A stretch of 64,000 nucleotides of DNA, from positions 75,560-139,559 of the forward strand of contig JACRJQ010000005.1 in the NCBI GenBank assembly GCA_016215405.1, written 5' to 3'. A model generated the notes under the pieces. That model worked only from the letters and a program-made list of their open reading frames with translations, searched no databases and was not told where the DNA came from. The position numbers and the translations under genes were made by a program. The number at the start of each line of letters is the position of its first letter. The stretch's first letter is position 1. This DNA comes from Candidatus Tayloriibacteriota bacterium (GTDB taxonomy: Bacteria > Patescibacteriota > Minisyncoccia > Phycocordibacterales > UBA6065). Below, in pieces: positions 18,936 to 27,970 of the stretch.

Positions 18936-19793
18936 TCAGATCCTCCGGAATTCTCCTAGCCTCTCCTCTATGAGGCCTTTTATCTCGAGGAGAGATATGA
19001 GAGAGCTTATCTTCGACGTCTCCATGTCGAGCCTGTCGAGGAGGTCGTCGCGAGAGAGAGGCGACGACAGGACTTCGATCACCTTTATCTCGTCGGCCGA
19101 GAGGTCCGAATAGTCCGTCTCGCTCCTCTCCGCGCCCGGCTTGAACCCGAGGGCTTCGGCGAGGTCGGCCGCGCACGTAAGGGGGGTCGCCCCGAGGCGT
19201 ATGAGCATGTGAGGCCCCGCGCTCTGGGAGGAGAATATGGAGCCAGGGACGGTAAAGACGTTCCTGTTGAATTCGGTCGCGTATTTCGACGTGATAAGGG
19301 TCCCCGACTTTATATCCGCTTCGACCACGAGCGTCGCGTGGGATATCCCCGCCATGATCCGGTTGCGCGCGGGAAAGGTCCAGGGCGCCGCCTTGACGCC
19401 CTCCTCGAACGGGGAAACGAGGCATCCTCCCGCCCTCACGATCTCTTTCGCGAGCTCGCGGTTGGCGGCCGGATATATAGACTCCTCGGACAGGCCCGAT
19501 CCCGGCACCGCGACCGTCTTGAGGCCGTATCTGAGGGCGGTGCGGTGGGCGATGGAATCGATCCCGAAAGCGAGCCCCGATACGATGACGACGGGTAGGC
19601 CTGAAAGCCCAGAAAGGAGCGATTCTACGGCTTCTTTGCCGTAGTCGCTGTGCCGCCTCGATCCCACCACCGTAAGGAGCATGTTCTCGGCCGAGGGGAA
19701 GCTTCCTATCATATAGAGCTTTTTCGGCGGGCTCGGCATCTCTCGCAGAAGCGGCGGGAAATCCTCTGGGGCGAGCGTCCTTATGGAATTCAT
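18936..19793 (-). CDS. dprA: DNA processing protein DprA (Smf)
   Basis: The Rossmann-like DprA core reads GSRRHSDYG, GLAFGIDSIAHRTAL and TLVVEADIKSGTLITSKYATEFNRNVFTVPG. Confidence 0.9.
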   Translation of the reverse strand: MNSIRTLAPEDFPPLLREMPSPPKKLYMIGSFPSAENMLLTVVGSRRHSDYGKEAVESLLSGLSGLPVVIVSGLAFGIDSIAHRTALRYGLKTVAVPGSGLSEESIYPAANRELAKEIVRAGGCLVSPFEEGVKAAPWTFPARNRIMAGISHATLVVEADIKSGTLITSKYATEFNRNVFTVPGSIFSSQSAGPHMLIRLGATPLTCAADLAEALGFKPGAERSETDYSDLSADEIKVIEVLSSPLSRDDLLDRLDMETSKISSLISLLEIKGLIEERLGEFRRI

Positions 19794-19834
19794 AGGAAAT
19801 TAGTGTACTATTGAGAGGTTAAAGGAAATCTAAA

Positions 19835-21097
19835 ATGCTGGATATAAAGTTCATCAGGGAGAATAAGGATATCGTAAAAGCGGGCGCCAAGAAGAAGCAT
19901 GTCGATGTCGATATCGACGCTCTCGTCGCGCTCGATCTCGAGCGCCTCGCCCTTCAGGCCGAGGTCGAGAACGCTCGCGCGCGACAGAATGCCGTCTCCA
20001 AAGAGATGCCTTCTGCCGACGCCGACAAGAAGTCGAAGCTCCTCGAAGAGATGAAGACCCTCAAGGCCGTCCTCCAGGCGAACGAGGAGAAGCTCAAGGA
20101 GGCGATGAAGAAATGGCAGGATCTCATGCTTCGCGTCCCGAATATCCCTGACATATCGGTGCCCGATGGGGCGAGCGACTCGGAGAATAAGGAAGTGAAG
20201 GTCTGGGGCGAGAAGCCTGCGTTCGCGTTCGAGCCGAAAGACCACGTAGAGATCATGACCTCCTTGGGAATGGTCGATTTCGAGCGCGGGGCGAAGGTCC
20301 ACGGATTCCGCGGCTATTTCCTCACAGGAGCGGGAGCGAGGCTCTCCTTCGCTATCTGGAACTACGCGATGGAATTCTTCTCTAAGCGCGGATTTACGCC
20401 GGTGATCCCGCCTACGATCGTAAGGAAAGAGAATCTCTACGGCACGGCGCATCTTCCGGGAGACGTCGAAGACTATTATATGACTCAGGACGGCGACGCT
20501 CTGGCCGGCACGGCAGAGGTCCCCGTCATGTCGTTCCATTCCGGAGAGGTCCTCGACGAGAAATCGTTCCCGATAAAATATCTCGGCTTCTCGCCGTGCT
20601 ATAGGCGCGAGGCGGGCAGCCACTCGAAAGACGTCAAAGGCCTCATACGCGTACATGAGTTCTACAAGCTCGAGCAGGTCATACTCTGCGAGGCTTCTCA
20701 CGAGACGTCCGTCCGTCTCCACGACGAGCTCAATCGCAATACCGAGGAGTTCATCGAGTCTCTGGGCATCCCGTACCACACGGTCATAAACTGCGGCGCC
20801 GACCTCGGGTTGGGACAGGTAAAGAAGTACGACATCGAGCTTTGGGTCCCGAAGGAAGGCAAATACCGCGAGATATCCTCCGCTTCGTACTTCCACGACT
20901 TCCAGACGAGGCGCTTTAACATCCGCTATAAGGATGCCGAGGGGAAGCTCCGCTACGCGCACTCGCTCAACTGCACCGCGATCCCTACGCCTCGCATCCT
21001 CGTGTCTTTGGTGGAGAACATGCAACAGCCTGACGGCTCCGTGAGGATACCTGCCGCCCTTAGGCCTTATTTCGGCTCTGACGTAATAAAGAAATAG
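19835..21097 (+). CDS. serS: Seryl-tRNA synthetase
   Basis: N-terminal coiled-coil arm and class II motifs (FHSGE, GFSPCYRREAGS, GTAIPTPRIL). Confidence 0.95.
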   Translation: MLDIKFIRENKDIVKAGAKKKHVDVDIDALVALDLERLALQAEVENARARQNAVSKEMPSADADKKSKLLEEMKTLKAVLQANEEKLKEAMKKWQDLMLRVPNIPDISVPDGASDSENKEVKVWGEKPAFAFEPKDHVEIMTSLGMVDFERGAKVHGFRGYFLTGAGARLSFAIWNYAMEFFSKRGFTPVIPPTIVRKENLYGTAHLPGDVEDYYMTQDGDALAGTAEVPVMSFHSGEVLDEKSFPIKYLGFSPCYRREAGSHSKDVKGLIRVHEFYKLEQVILCEASHETSVRLHDELNRNTEEFIESLGIPYHTVINCGADLGLGQVKKYDIELWVPKEGKYREISSASYFHDFQTRRFNIRYKDAEGKLRYAHSLNCTAIPTPRILVSLVENMQQPDGSVRIPAALRPYFGSDVIKK

Positions 21098-21101
21098 ACC
21101 C

Positions 21102-21944
21102 ATGCGAGGGGAAGTACGGGTCTATCAAAGGAAGATCGTCGCTAAGAAGAGGCGACAGGCCTTCTACTATCCATTCTATTCCCTTTGCGCCGCGACGATC
21201 TTCGTCTGCGCCCTCTCTTTCGTAAGCCATATCGAATCCCTCTCGATACAGAGGGTCGAGATCGCGGGCAACGAGCGCATGCTCTCGTCCGACATCGAAT
21301 CGATAGTATGGAAGTCGCTTTCAGGGAACTATCAAGGCCTCTTCTCCAGGCGAAACGCTCTGCTCTATCCGCGCGACGAGATAGCCGTGTCTATCGCCCT
21401 CGCGCCTCTCGTGAAGTCGGTCGAGGTTTCTCGAGAGGGGCTCGGTACGGTATCCGTGCGGATCGTAGAGAGAGAAGAAGCCGCCCTTTGGTGCGAGGAT
21501 GATAGCGAAGAGGCTCTCTGCTATTCGGTCGACGAAGAAGGTTTCGTATTCGCGTCGGTTTTCGACCGCGCCTCTTCGACGGAGAGCTTCGTCTATCGCG
21601 GGCTCATCGAAGAAGAGCCTATCGGCAAGAAGCTCCTTTCAGGACCGGAGTTCAAGAAGATGCAGTTCTTCATCCGCGAGCTCTCCGGTCTCTCGGTCGA
21701 GCCGCGCGAGGCGCGCCTCGGCGGATCCGGATCGCTCTCTGTGCTCCTAGGGGCCGGCGGAAGGATAGTAGTAAACCAGAGGGACGACCTTTCCGCGGTC
21801 CTCGGCAACATCGCCGCGGTCATATCGGACAGGAAGGTCGCCCCTGACCTGCGCGCGTTCCTCGATACGCTCGACTATATAAAGTTCGACGCCGGCAACA
21901 AGGTCGTCTATAAGGTGAAGGGCTCGACCGCCCCCCTGGAGTAG
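21102..21944 (+). CDS. Cell division protein FtsQ/DivIB-like (TM plus POTRA)
   Basis: N-terminal TM helix then the POTRA-like segment IQRVEIAGNERMLSSDIESIV. Length is typical of a short FtsQ. Confidence 0.55.
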   Translation: MRGEVRVYQRKIVAKKRRQAFYYPFYSLCAATIFVCALSFVSHIESLSIQRVEIAGNERMLSSDIESIVWKSLSGNYQGLFSRRNALLYPRDEIAVSIALAPLVKSVEVSREGLGTVSVRIVEREEAALWCEDDSEEALCYSVDEEGFVFASVFDRASSTESFVYRGLIEEEPIGKKLLSGPEFKKMQFFIRELSGLSVEPREARLGGSGSLSVLLGAGGRIVVNQRDDLSAVLGNIAAVISDRKVAPDLRAFLDTLDYIKFDAGNKVVYKVKGSTAPLE

Positions 21945-21951
21945 GTTAGAG

Positions 21952-22941
21952 TTGTCCTCTATGGAATACGGATTCTGGAAAAAGCTCCGAAAGCCCTTCT
22001 TCGTCCTCGCGCCTATGGCGGACGTGACGGACTGCGCCTTTCGCCGGATCATCGAGGAGCATGGCCGCCCAGACGTCTTTTGGACCGAATTCGTCTCTGC
22101 CGACGGCCTCGCGTCCCCTGGAAAGAAGGTCCTCATGCGCGATCTCGAATTCACTAAGAAGGAGAAGCCGATCGTCGCCCAGCTTTTCTCTTCGCGGCCG
22201 GATAAGATGCGGGAAGCGGCGGCTCTCTGCCAGAGCCTGGGATTCGACGGCATAGACATAAATATGGGCTGTCCCGACCGCTCGATCGAAAAGCAGGGTT
22301 GCGGCGCCGCTATGATAAAGAACCCGAAGCTCGCGCGCGAGGTGATCCGTGCGGCAAAAGAAGGCGCGCCGAAGCTCCCAGTGTCGGTAAAGACCCGCAT
22401 CGGGTACAACAAGAACGAGATATCGACGTGGATACCTGAGATCCTCTCGGAGGGGGTCGCCGCCCTCACCGTCCACTGTCGCACCCGCAAGGAGCTCTCG
22501 CTCGTGCCTGCGCGCTGGGAGCATGTCCGCGAGGTCGTCTCGCTTCGCGATAGGCTCGCGCCCGATACCTTGATCCTCGGCAACGGCGACGTCAAAGACC
22601 TTGACGACGCGCGCGCGAAGGCGAGCGAGTTCGGCGTCGACGGCGTCATGCTCGGTCGCGCTATATTCGGGAATCCATGGCTCTTCTCGTCCCTTCACGG
22701 AACTCAATCCGTGCCCACCATATCCGAGAAGCTCGAGGTGATGGTCGAGCACACGAAGCTCTTCGAAAAGCTTCTCGGAGATATAAAGAGCTTCGCTATC
22801 ATGAAGAAGCACTATAAGGCGTATGTGAACGGCTTTGACGGGGCCAAGGAGTTTAGGACGGAGCTCATGGAAGCGAAGGACGCGAAGGAGGTGGAAGAGA
22901 GGGTGAAGGCGTTTCTTGCGGCCCGCGCAGACTTGAAATAA
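21952..22941 (+). CDS. tRNA-dihydrouridine synthase
   Basis: FVLAPMADVTDCAFRRII (Dus LAPMAGVTD motif), the FMN-binding TIM barrel and the catalytic Cys context GCP. Confidence 0.9.
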   Translation: MSSMEYGFWKKLRKPFFVLAPMADVTDCAFRRIIEEHGRPDVFWTEFVSADGLASPGKKVLMRDLEFTKKEKPIVAQLFSSRPDKMREAAALCQSLGFDGIDINMGCPDRSIEKQGCGAAMIKNPKLAREVIRAAKEGAPKLPVSVKTRIGYNKNEISTWIPEILSEGVAALTVHCRTRKELSLVPARWEHVREVVSLRDRLAPDTLILGNGDVKDLDDARAKASEFGVDGVMLGRAIFGNPWLFSSLHGTQSVPTISEKLEVMVEHTKLFEKLLGDIKSFAIMKKHYKAYVNGFDGAKEFRTELMEAKDAKEVEERVKAFLAARADLK

Positions 22942-23002
22942 GGGACTTTGAGGAGTAGGGTGGGTCCGACGAATCCTCGTTCCTTTCAAACCCACGACCA
23001 CC

Positions 23003-23443
23003 ATGACCGACAAACGAAAACAGCCGCGGACGAAGGTCCGCTGGTTCCTCTGCGCTCTTACGAACGCTGCGCACCACAACCTCGGGCAGTCTCTCGGCTC
23101 TTCAGGGGTCTCTGACGAGACCCGCCTCAACGAAAAGATGAAGACCGCTGACGGAGAATACGATCTCTGGGACTGCGAAGGCATGACGTCTTCGGACGTC
23201 AAACGCCTCGCGATCGATTTCCTCAAGTCTGACCAGCCTGTGCGCATCTACCGCAAGCACGGAGACAATTTGCCCAAGCGGTGGGCGGATAGCGACGTGA
23301 CGGAGGCCGAACGAGGCTCTCTCGATCGCCAAAAGGAGAAAGGGCGGCCGAAAGAGCCCTCTCCTGAAAGTCCCGCCGCCCTCGCGAAAGCGCGCCTCGA
23401 CGAGCTCCTCGCCAAGCGAGGAGGGTCGAAAAAGGCTTCGTGA
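23003..23443 (+). CDS. Hypothetical protein (K/D/E-rich, non-repetitive)
   Basis: The composition is unlike the Arg/Ala/Gly-rich spurious ORFs typical of this GC content. No SD sequence or homology was recognised. Confidence 0.3.
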   Translation: MTDKRKQPRTKVRWFLCALTNAAHHNLGQSLGSSGVSDETRLNEKMKTADGEYDLWDCEGMTSSDVKRLAIDFLKSDQPVRIYRKHGDNLPKRWADSDVTEAERGSLDRQKEKGRPKEPSPESPAALAKARLDELLAKRGGSKKAS

Positions 23444-23680
23444 TGGATCCGTCCCGACCATCGCGACCTCGAGCTCTGCCGCATCTGCAGCGGAGCTTTT
23501 TTATGGTACAAGGCGGCGCTTGCAAACTTCGGCCGGAAGAGTAGAGTTCATGGTACCGGCCCTGGTCCACAAGAACTAGAGGGCCACAGAGGGCGGTCCG
23601 AACTGTTCGGTTCTGACCGCCCTCTCCCGATCTTTTGAATTCGCCCGTAAGGCTTCACGGGCGCTTAGCCATACTGCGGG

Positions 23681-23715
23681 CGGGAGCTTCAAGTTCCTGC
23701 CCGCTTTTCATATCG
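23681..23715 (+). terminator. GC hairpin plus T-run (paralog 1 of 2)
   Basis: gcgggcggga gcttcaagt tcctgcccgc tttt. It has the same stem as 23884..23917. Confidence 0.5.
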
Positions 23716-23883
23716 AGACCTCTTCTTGCAACGCGGAGTTCGCGGGTGTAGATTTAGGGAGACCTCGGGGCGGCGGCAGTAGGACCTCTCGGGCAAGAAG
23801 CCTTTCGGCATCTAGGGCCTGCTTGGAACCGAGCCTGCCGCTCCAAGTTCTTCGTTTTTTTGGGCGGTATTCATGTATGTGGG

Positions 23884-23917
23884 CGCGGGCGGGACCTCCT
23901 TGGTCCTGCCCGCCTTT
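23884..23917 (+). promoter_or_regulatory. GC hairpin plus T-run (paralog 2 of 2), 16 nt upstream of the pilin A1 start codon
   Basis: gcgggcgggacc tccttg gtcctgcccgc c tttt. The stem is identical to 23681..23708 with a different loop. Confidence 0.45.
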
Positions 23918-23932
23918 TGTTATACTGGGCGC

Positions 23933-24826
23933 ATGAAGCCTTTCCGCGGACGCTTCGGCGCGCAAAGCGGGTTCACCCTCATAGAGCTCCTCGTCGTGAT
24001 ATCGATAATATCGCTCCTTTCGTCTGTCGTCCTCTCGCAGCTTAACGCGGCGAGGGAGAAGGGGAGGCTCGGCAGCGCGAAGCAGTTCGCGGCCCAAGTC
24101 GACCGCGTGGCGGGAGATAGGGCTGTCGGTATCTGGGAGCTCGACGAGTGCTCCGGCGCGGCCGCGGCGGATAGGTCTGGAAACGGGAACAACGCTTCGC
24201 TTTCAGGCAGCCCTTCATGGCTTTCAGATACTCCCGACTCGACAGGCTGCTCTCTGAGCCTTAACGGCTCGACCCAAGGCGCTCTCGTGCCTCATGCGCC
24301 ATCCCTAGATCTCACAGGCGACATGACCTTTTCCATATGGTTCTATGCCAACGCGTCGAGCTGGCCCGCGAGCTGGCAGTCCCTCATGTCGAAAGGAAAC
24401 GCGACTCCGCGCAACTATTTTATGAACGTGATGAGCGGGGAGAGCGTCGTCGCGAACGATTGCTCCGACCAGACCGGGGGCTTTCAGTTCGGCTACCACG
24501 ACGGGACGACTTTCCGGCTCGTCGATATAAACGCGAGCTCTGTGCCGACCCAGCGGTGGGTGAACGCTGTCGGGGTGATATCCGCGAATGGGGCTAATCG
24601 CGACGTGAAGCTCTATATAGACGGACAGTTGAGGGCTTCGGCTTTGTGCTCTAACGCCCCTACGTCGAATACGGTGCCTCTCTCGATCGGCTCTATCCAG
24701 AATTCGATCGAGTTCTTCAACGGGAGAATAGATAAGGTCCGCCTATTCGAAAAATCGCTTACAGCGTCCGAAGTAGGCAGGATGTATGCCGCAGAGGCTC
24801 CGAAATATGAATTCGCATATGAATAG
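23933..24826 (+). CDS. Type IV pilin-like protein A1 (prepilin leader/methylation motif plus LamG-type Laminin_G_3-like domain)
   Basis: The class III leader ends ...G|FTLIELLVVISIISLLSSVVLSQLNAAREKGR. The mature part carries the WELDECSG....DRSGNGNNASL signature. Start moved to the internal Met; the track ORF begins at 23873. Confidence 0.8.
   Translation: MKPFRGRFGAQSGFTLIELLVVISIISLLSSVVLSQLNAAREKGRLGSAKQFAAQVDRVAGDRAVGIWELDECSGAAAADRSGNGNNASLSGSPSWLSDTPDSTGCSLSLNGSTQGALVPHAPSLDLTGDMTFSIWFYANASSWPASWQSLMSKGNATPRNYFMNVMSGESVVANDCSDQTGGFQFGYHDGTTFRLVDINASSVPTQRWVNAVGVISANGANRDVKLYIDGQLRASALCSNAPTSNTVPLSIGSIQNSIEFFNGRIDKVRLFEKSLTASEVGRMYAAEAPKYEFAYE
23971..24062 (+). repeat. 92-nt perfect direct repeat shared by pilin A1 and A2; the second copy is at 24834..24925
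   Basis: ttcaccctcatagagctcctcgtcgtgatatcgataatatcgctcctttcgtctgtcgtcctctcgcagcttaacgcggcgagggagaaggg is identical in both genes. Confidence 0.9.
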
Positions 24827-25637
24827 AAGAGCCTTCACCCTCATAGAGCTCCTCGTCGTGATATCGATAATATCGCTCCTTTCGTCTGTCGTCCTCTCGC
24901 AGCTTAACGCGGCGAGGGAGAAGGGAAGATTGGGCGCCGCCCGCCATTTTGCGGCCCAGGTCGAGCATACCGCGGGAGACCTCGTCGTGGGCATGTGGAG
25001 CTTCGACGAGTGCGCGGGGCTTTCCACCGCCGATAGGTCCGGGTTCGGGAACAACGGAGTCCTTCAGAATATGGCGGGCACGTCCGAGTGGTCGTCCGAT
25101 ACGCCGTCAGGTACGGGATGCTCGCTCCTCCTTGACGGCACGAACGACTACGTCTCCGTCCCGGATTCTGCGAGCCTCGATCTCAGCGGCGTGGCGACCT
25201 TGTCTATCTGGGTAAAATCGAGCGGCACGAACGCATATTCCGGATTCATGAATAAGACGAGCGCCCTTACCGGATATCAATTCGGCATCGGCGCTTCGAA
25301 TAGCATCCGCGGGGATCTCTATAACGGCACGACCTATATAAGCCCGATGCACACGACGAACGTCCTCGATGGAAAATGGCATCATATCGCGGTGGCGTAT
25401 GACGGCGTCGCCGCAAAGGTCTATGTCGACGGGATCGCGGGCGGCGCGGTCGCGGGATCAGGCTTCGTCACGGCTAACAACGCCTCTTTCGTCATAGGCA
25501 ACGACGTGTGCTGCGGAGGGAGATTCTTTAACGGCAGGATAGACGAGGCGAGGGTATTCGCCAAGGCTCTGACGGCGAAAGAGGTAGAAAGGATCTACGC
25601 GTCTGAGAAAAAGGGGTCCCAGGTCGCCGGCATCTGA
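24807..25637 (+). CDS. Type IV pilin-like protein A2 (prepilin N-terminus plus LamG-type domain)
   Basis: AFTLIELLVVISIISLLSSVVLSQLNAAREKGR and WSFDECAGLSTADRSGFGNNGVL. It overlaps the A1 stop. Confidence 0.8.
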   Translation: MNSHMNRRAFTLIELLVVISIISLLSSVVLSQLNAAREKGRLGAARHFAAQVEHTAGDLVVGMWSFDECAGLSTADRSGFGNNGVLQNMAGTSEWSSDTPSGTGCSLLLDGTNDYVSVPDSASLDLSGVATLSIWVKSSGTNAYSGFMNKTSALTGYQFGIGASNSIRGDLYNGTTYISPMHTTNVLDGKWHHIAVAYDGVAAKVYVDGIAGGAVAGSGFVTANNASFVIGNDVCCGGRFFNGRIDEARVFAKALTAKEVERIYASEKKGSQVAGI

Positions 25638-25649
25638 TATACTTTCCAT

Positions 25650-26684
25650 ATGTCACACGAAGTCCTCTATAGGAAATACAGGCCCCAGAACTTCAAGGAG
25701 GTGATCGGCCAGGATTCGGTCGTAAAGGCCCTCAAGGGCGCGATAGAGTCGGGAGCGGTCGCTCACGCCTATCTTTTCGCGGGCTCTCGCGGCATCGGCA
25801 AGACTTCGATCGCGCGAATATTCGCGAACGAGATAGGGACGAGCCCGAACGACGTCTATGAGATAGACGCGGCGTCGAACCGCGGCATCGACGATATCCG
25901 AGCGCTCCGCGACGCGGTCGCAACGCTTCCGTTCGAGTCCAAATTTAAAGTCTATATCATCGACGAAGTCCACATGCTCACGAAGGAGGCCTTTAACGCG
26001 CTCCTCAAGACCCTCGAAGAGCCGCCGAAGCATGTCGTATTCATCCTCGCTACGACCGAGGTCCATAAGCTCCCTGAGACCATCGTCTCGCGCTGCCAGG
26101 TGTTCGAGTTCAAGCGCCCGACCCTCGAGATACTCAAGGACGTCGTCACGACCATCGCCAAAAAGGAAGGCTTCTCGATCGAGCCTTCGGCGGCAGAGCT
26201 CGTAGCCCTCGTGGGCGATGGGTCGTTCCGCGATACTCACGGGACCCTCGAGCGCGTCATCGCCGGCATAAGCGGCAAGAAGATATCGAAAGAGGATGTC
26301 GAGGAAGCGACAGGCGCTCCGAAATCAGAGCTCGTCCGCGGATTCGTCCTCGCCCTCGCGAACAAGGATTCGAAGGCCGCGTTCGATTCTTTGGCCAAGC
26401 TGCGCGCGAAGTCGTTCGACCCGAAGCTCTTCCTCGAGCTATCCGTATCCCTCGTCCGTCTCGCCCTCTTCGTGAAGATGGGCGTATCGAGCGACCTTGT
26501 CGATCAGGCATCGGACGAAGACAAGGCGTTTTTCAAAGACGTCTCGGCGAAAGTCGATTCGAAGCTCCTGCGCTCTCTCCTCGGCGCATTCGACTATATC
26601 GGCGTCTCTCCGATCCGCGAACTGCCTCTCGAGCTCGCCGTGCTCGACATAGCAGGGGAGAAGGAGCAGAGGCTTTTCGCCTAG
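25650..26684 (+). CDS. dnaX: DNA polymerase III subunit gamma/tau (short form, no tau extension)
   Basis: YRPQNFKEVIGQ, Walker A GSRGIGKTSIA, DEVHMLTKEAFNALLKTLEEPP and the sensor TIVSRCQVFEF. Confidence 0.9.
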   Translation: MSHEVLYRKYRPQNFKEVIGQDSVVKALKGAIESGAVAHAYLFAGSRGIGKTSIARIFANEIGTSPNDVYEIDAASNRGIDDIRALRDAVATLPFESKFKVYIIDEVHMLTKEAFNALLKTLEEPPKHVVFILATTEVHKLPETIVSRCQVFEFKRPTLEILKDVVTTIAKKEGFSIEPSAAELVALVGDGSFRDTHGTLERVIAGISGKKISKEDVEEATGAPKSELVRGFVLALANKDSKAAFDSLAKLRAKSFDPKLFLELSVSLVRLALFVKMGVSSDLVDQASDEDKAFFKDVSAKVDSKLLRSLLGAFDYIGVSPIRELPLELAVLDIAGEKEQRLFA

Positions 26685-26702
26685 ATCGAATCGAGAAATA
26701 AA

Positions 26703-26726
26703 CGCCTCAACCGGTTGAGGTGTTTG
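26703..26726. terminator. Palindromic terminator between dnaX and the convergent phosphatase gene
   Basis: acgcctcaaccggttgaggtgttt. Confidence 0.6.
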
Positions 26727-26738
26727 GAATGGCCAGGG

Positions 26739-27338
26739 TTAGCTATTTTTGGGCGTGAATTCAAAGACGAGCCCTTCGGATCTTAGATAAGAGAAATTGC
26801 TATCACAGACTTCGAATCCGACGAACGAGCAGTCGCCGATCTCTTTGAGCTCGCCCCATTTGAGATAGTCGCGAAAGAGGACCCTAAGAGGCCCTCCATG
26901 GGTCACGACCGCTACGCTCTCGTATCCCGATCCTAGGATGCGGCCGAACCCCGCGATGACGCGATCGCTGAAATCCTCGTAGGATTCAGCTCCTTCGATC
27001 GTGTTGAGCCTGTCTTTGAGCGCCTCGACGAGCGTCTGGTGCGATCTTTTCGCATCCTCCTTTTTCATCCCTGTAAGGATGCCGTATTGGTTGCGCTCGC
27101 GGATGTCGCTTCGCGGTTCGGTTGGCGCGCCCGTCTGCGCCGCTATCGCCGCGCCGGTCTCTCTCGCTCTCGAAAGGGAGCTCGTGAATATCTTCTCTAT
27201 GCCCTCGCTCTTGAGCTTGAGCGCGACCTGCTCAGACTGCTCGCGTCCCTTCTCGGAAAGGCTGTCGTCATAATCGCCTCCGTAGCGGTTCTCGATATCT
27301 CCTGTCGTCTCTCCGTGTCTTAGAAAAATATCTTCATA
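26739..27338 (-). pseudogene. Histidine phosphatase family gene with an apparent -1 frameshift in an A5/T5 homopolymer (pseudogene or sequencing error)
   Basis: The minus strand reads ATG AAG ATA TTT TTC TAA (MKIFF*). The +2 frame continues as FLRHGETTGD...SSLSRARETG and runs into the track ORF 26739..27068 (MKKEDAKRS...VVTHGGPLRV). One extra T would give an intact MKIFFLRHGET N-terminus. Confidence 0.55.
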
Positions 27339-27437
27339 GCCGATGATTTATAGTGGTGAGATGGGGTGTAGCGCGCAGAAGGCGCATCATCAGTATACGG
27401 ATTATAGGAATGTGTTGCGAGCAGCACGACCTTGAGT

Positions 27438-27746
27438 CTATTTCTTGGTTCTTTTGTCGAGTATCGCTCGTACAGAGGGGCTTAGCGGCTTGTCGGTGCG
27501 GTGTGTGCAGCCGATCCAGCAGCAGGGCCTCCGCTTGCCTTCCTTGAGCTTTTTTACGAGTCTTTCTATATGTTCCTTTCTCGTCTCCTCCTTTTTTACG
27601 GAGACGGTCCAGCATATCCACTCGTTGCGGGAGAGCGGCGTGAGGAGCTCCCATGCCCTGAGTGCCGTCTTATTCGAAACAAGCGCCTTTCGCATGTCCG
27701 TTGGCACGGTATGCGCTGTGCCGCCTGAGATATTCTTATCGGCCAT
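27438..27746 (-). CDS. YdeI/OmdA-family-like small protein
   Basis: VPTDMRKALVSNKTALRAWELLTPLSRNEWICW...KEETRKEHIERLVKKLKEGKRRP follows the YdeI pattern VPeeL.eAL..np.a...f..Lsps.rreyl.Wi..AK..eTR. Start set to the internal Met. Confidence 0.5.
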   Translation of the reverse strand: MADKNISGGTAHTVPTDMRKALVSNKTALRAWELLTPLSRNEWICWTVSVKKEETRKEHIERLVKKLKEGKRRPCCWIGCTHRTDKPLSPSVRAILDKRTKK

Positions 27747-27903
27747 ATATCTTATTGTACGCTTTTTGAGCAGGTTGGGGTGCGGGTAAGTCTGGACTTG
27801 GACCGCGAATACGCTTATCGCCCTCGACTCGAATCTCGCCGTCGCTCGATTCGGTCTGGGCACCGCCTCGCTCCCGCCGGAAGCCGTCGGGTCCTGCTCC
27901 GGC

Positions 27904-27949
27904 GTTCGATTCCAAACGCGATGCATTTCCATGCATCGCTGTCCGGCAA
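27904..27949 (+). repeat. Sense-orientation partial copy of the tRNA-Gln 3' half, split by a 25-nt hairpin
   Basis: gttcgattccaa (12 nt), then the hairpin gcgatgcat-ttcc-atgcatcgc, then gtccggcaa. It matches the tRNA 3' half GGTTCGATTCCAAGTCCGGCAA. The arm gtccggcaact/agttgccggac pairs with the real tRNA acceptor end. Confidence 0.65.
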
Positions 27950-27970
27950 CTACTCGCCGCAGCTTCTAGT

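Noticed and set aside
19808-21103. 431-aa minus-strand ORF antisense to serS
   Set aside because: Antisense to an unambiguous serS. Arg/Leu-rich composition and no motifs.
21946-23247. 433-aa minus-strand ORF spanning dus
   Set aside because: Antisense to the dus gene. Biased composition; spurious.
23444-23932. Possible RNase P, tmRNA or SRP RNA in the GC-rich non-coding stretch
   Set aside because: No tRNA-like 3' end, no RNase P P4 (AGGAAAGUCCGG-type) and no SRP domain IV motif was found. Kept as an unknown structured region.
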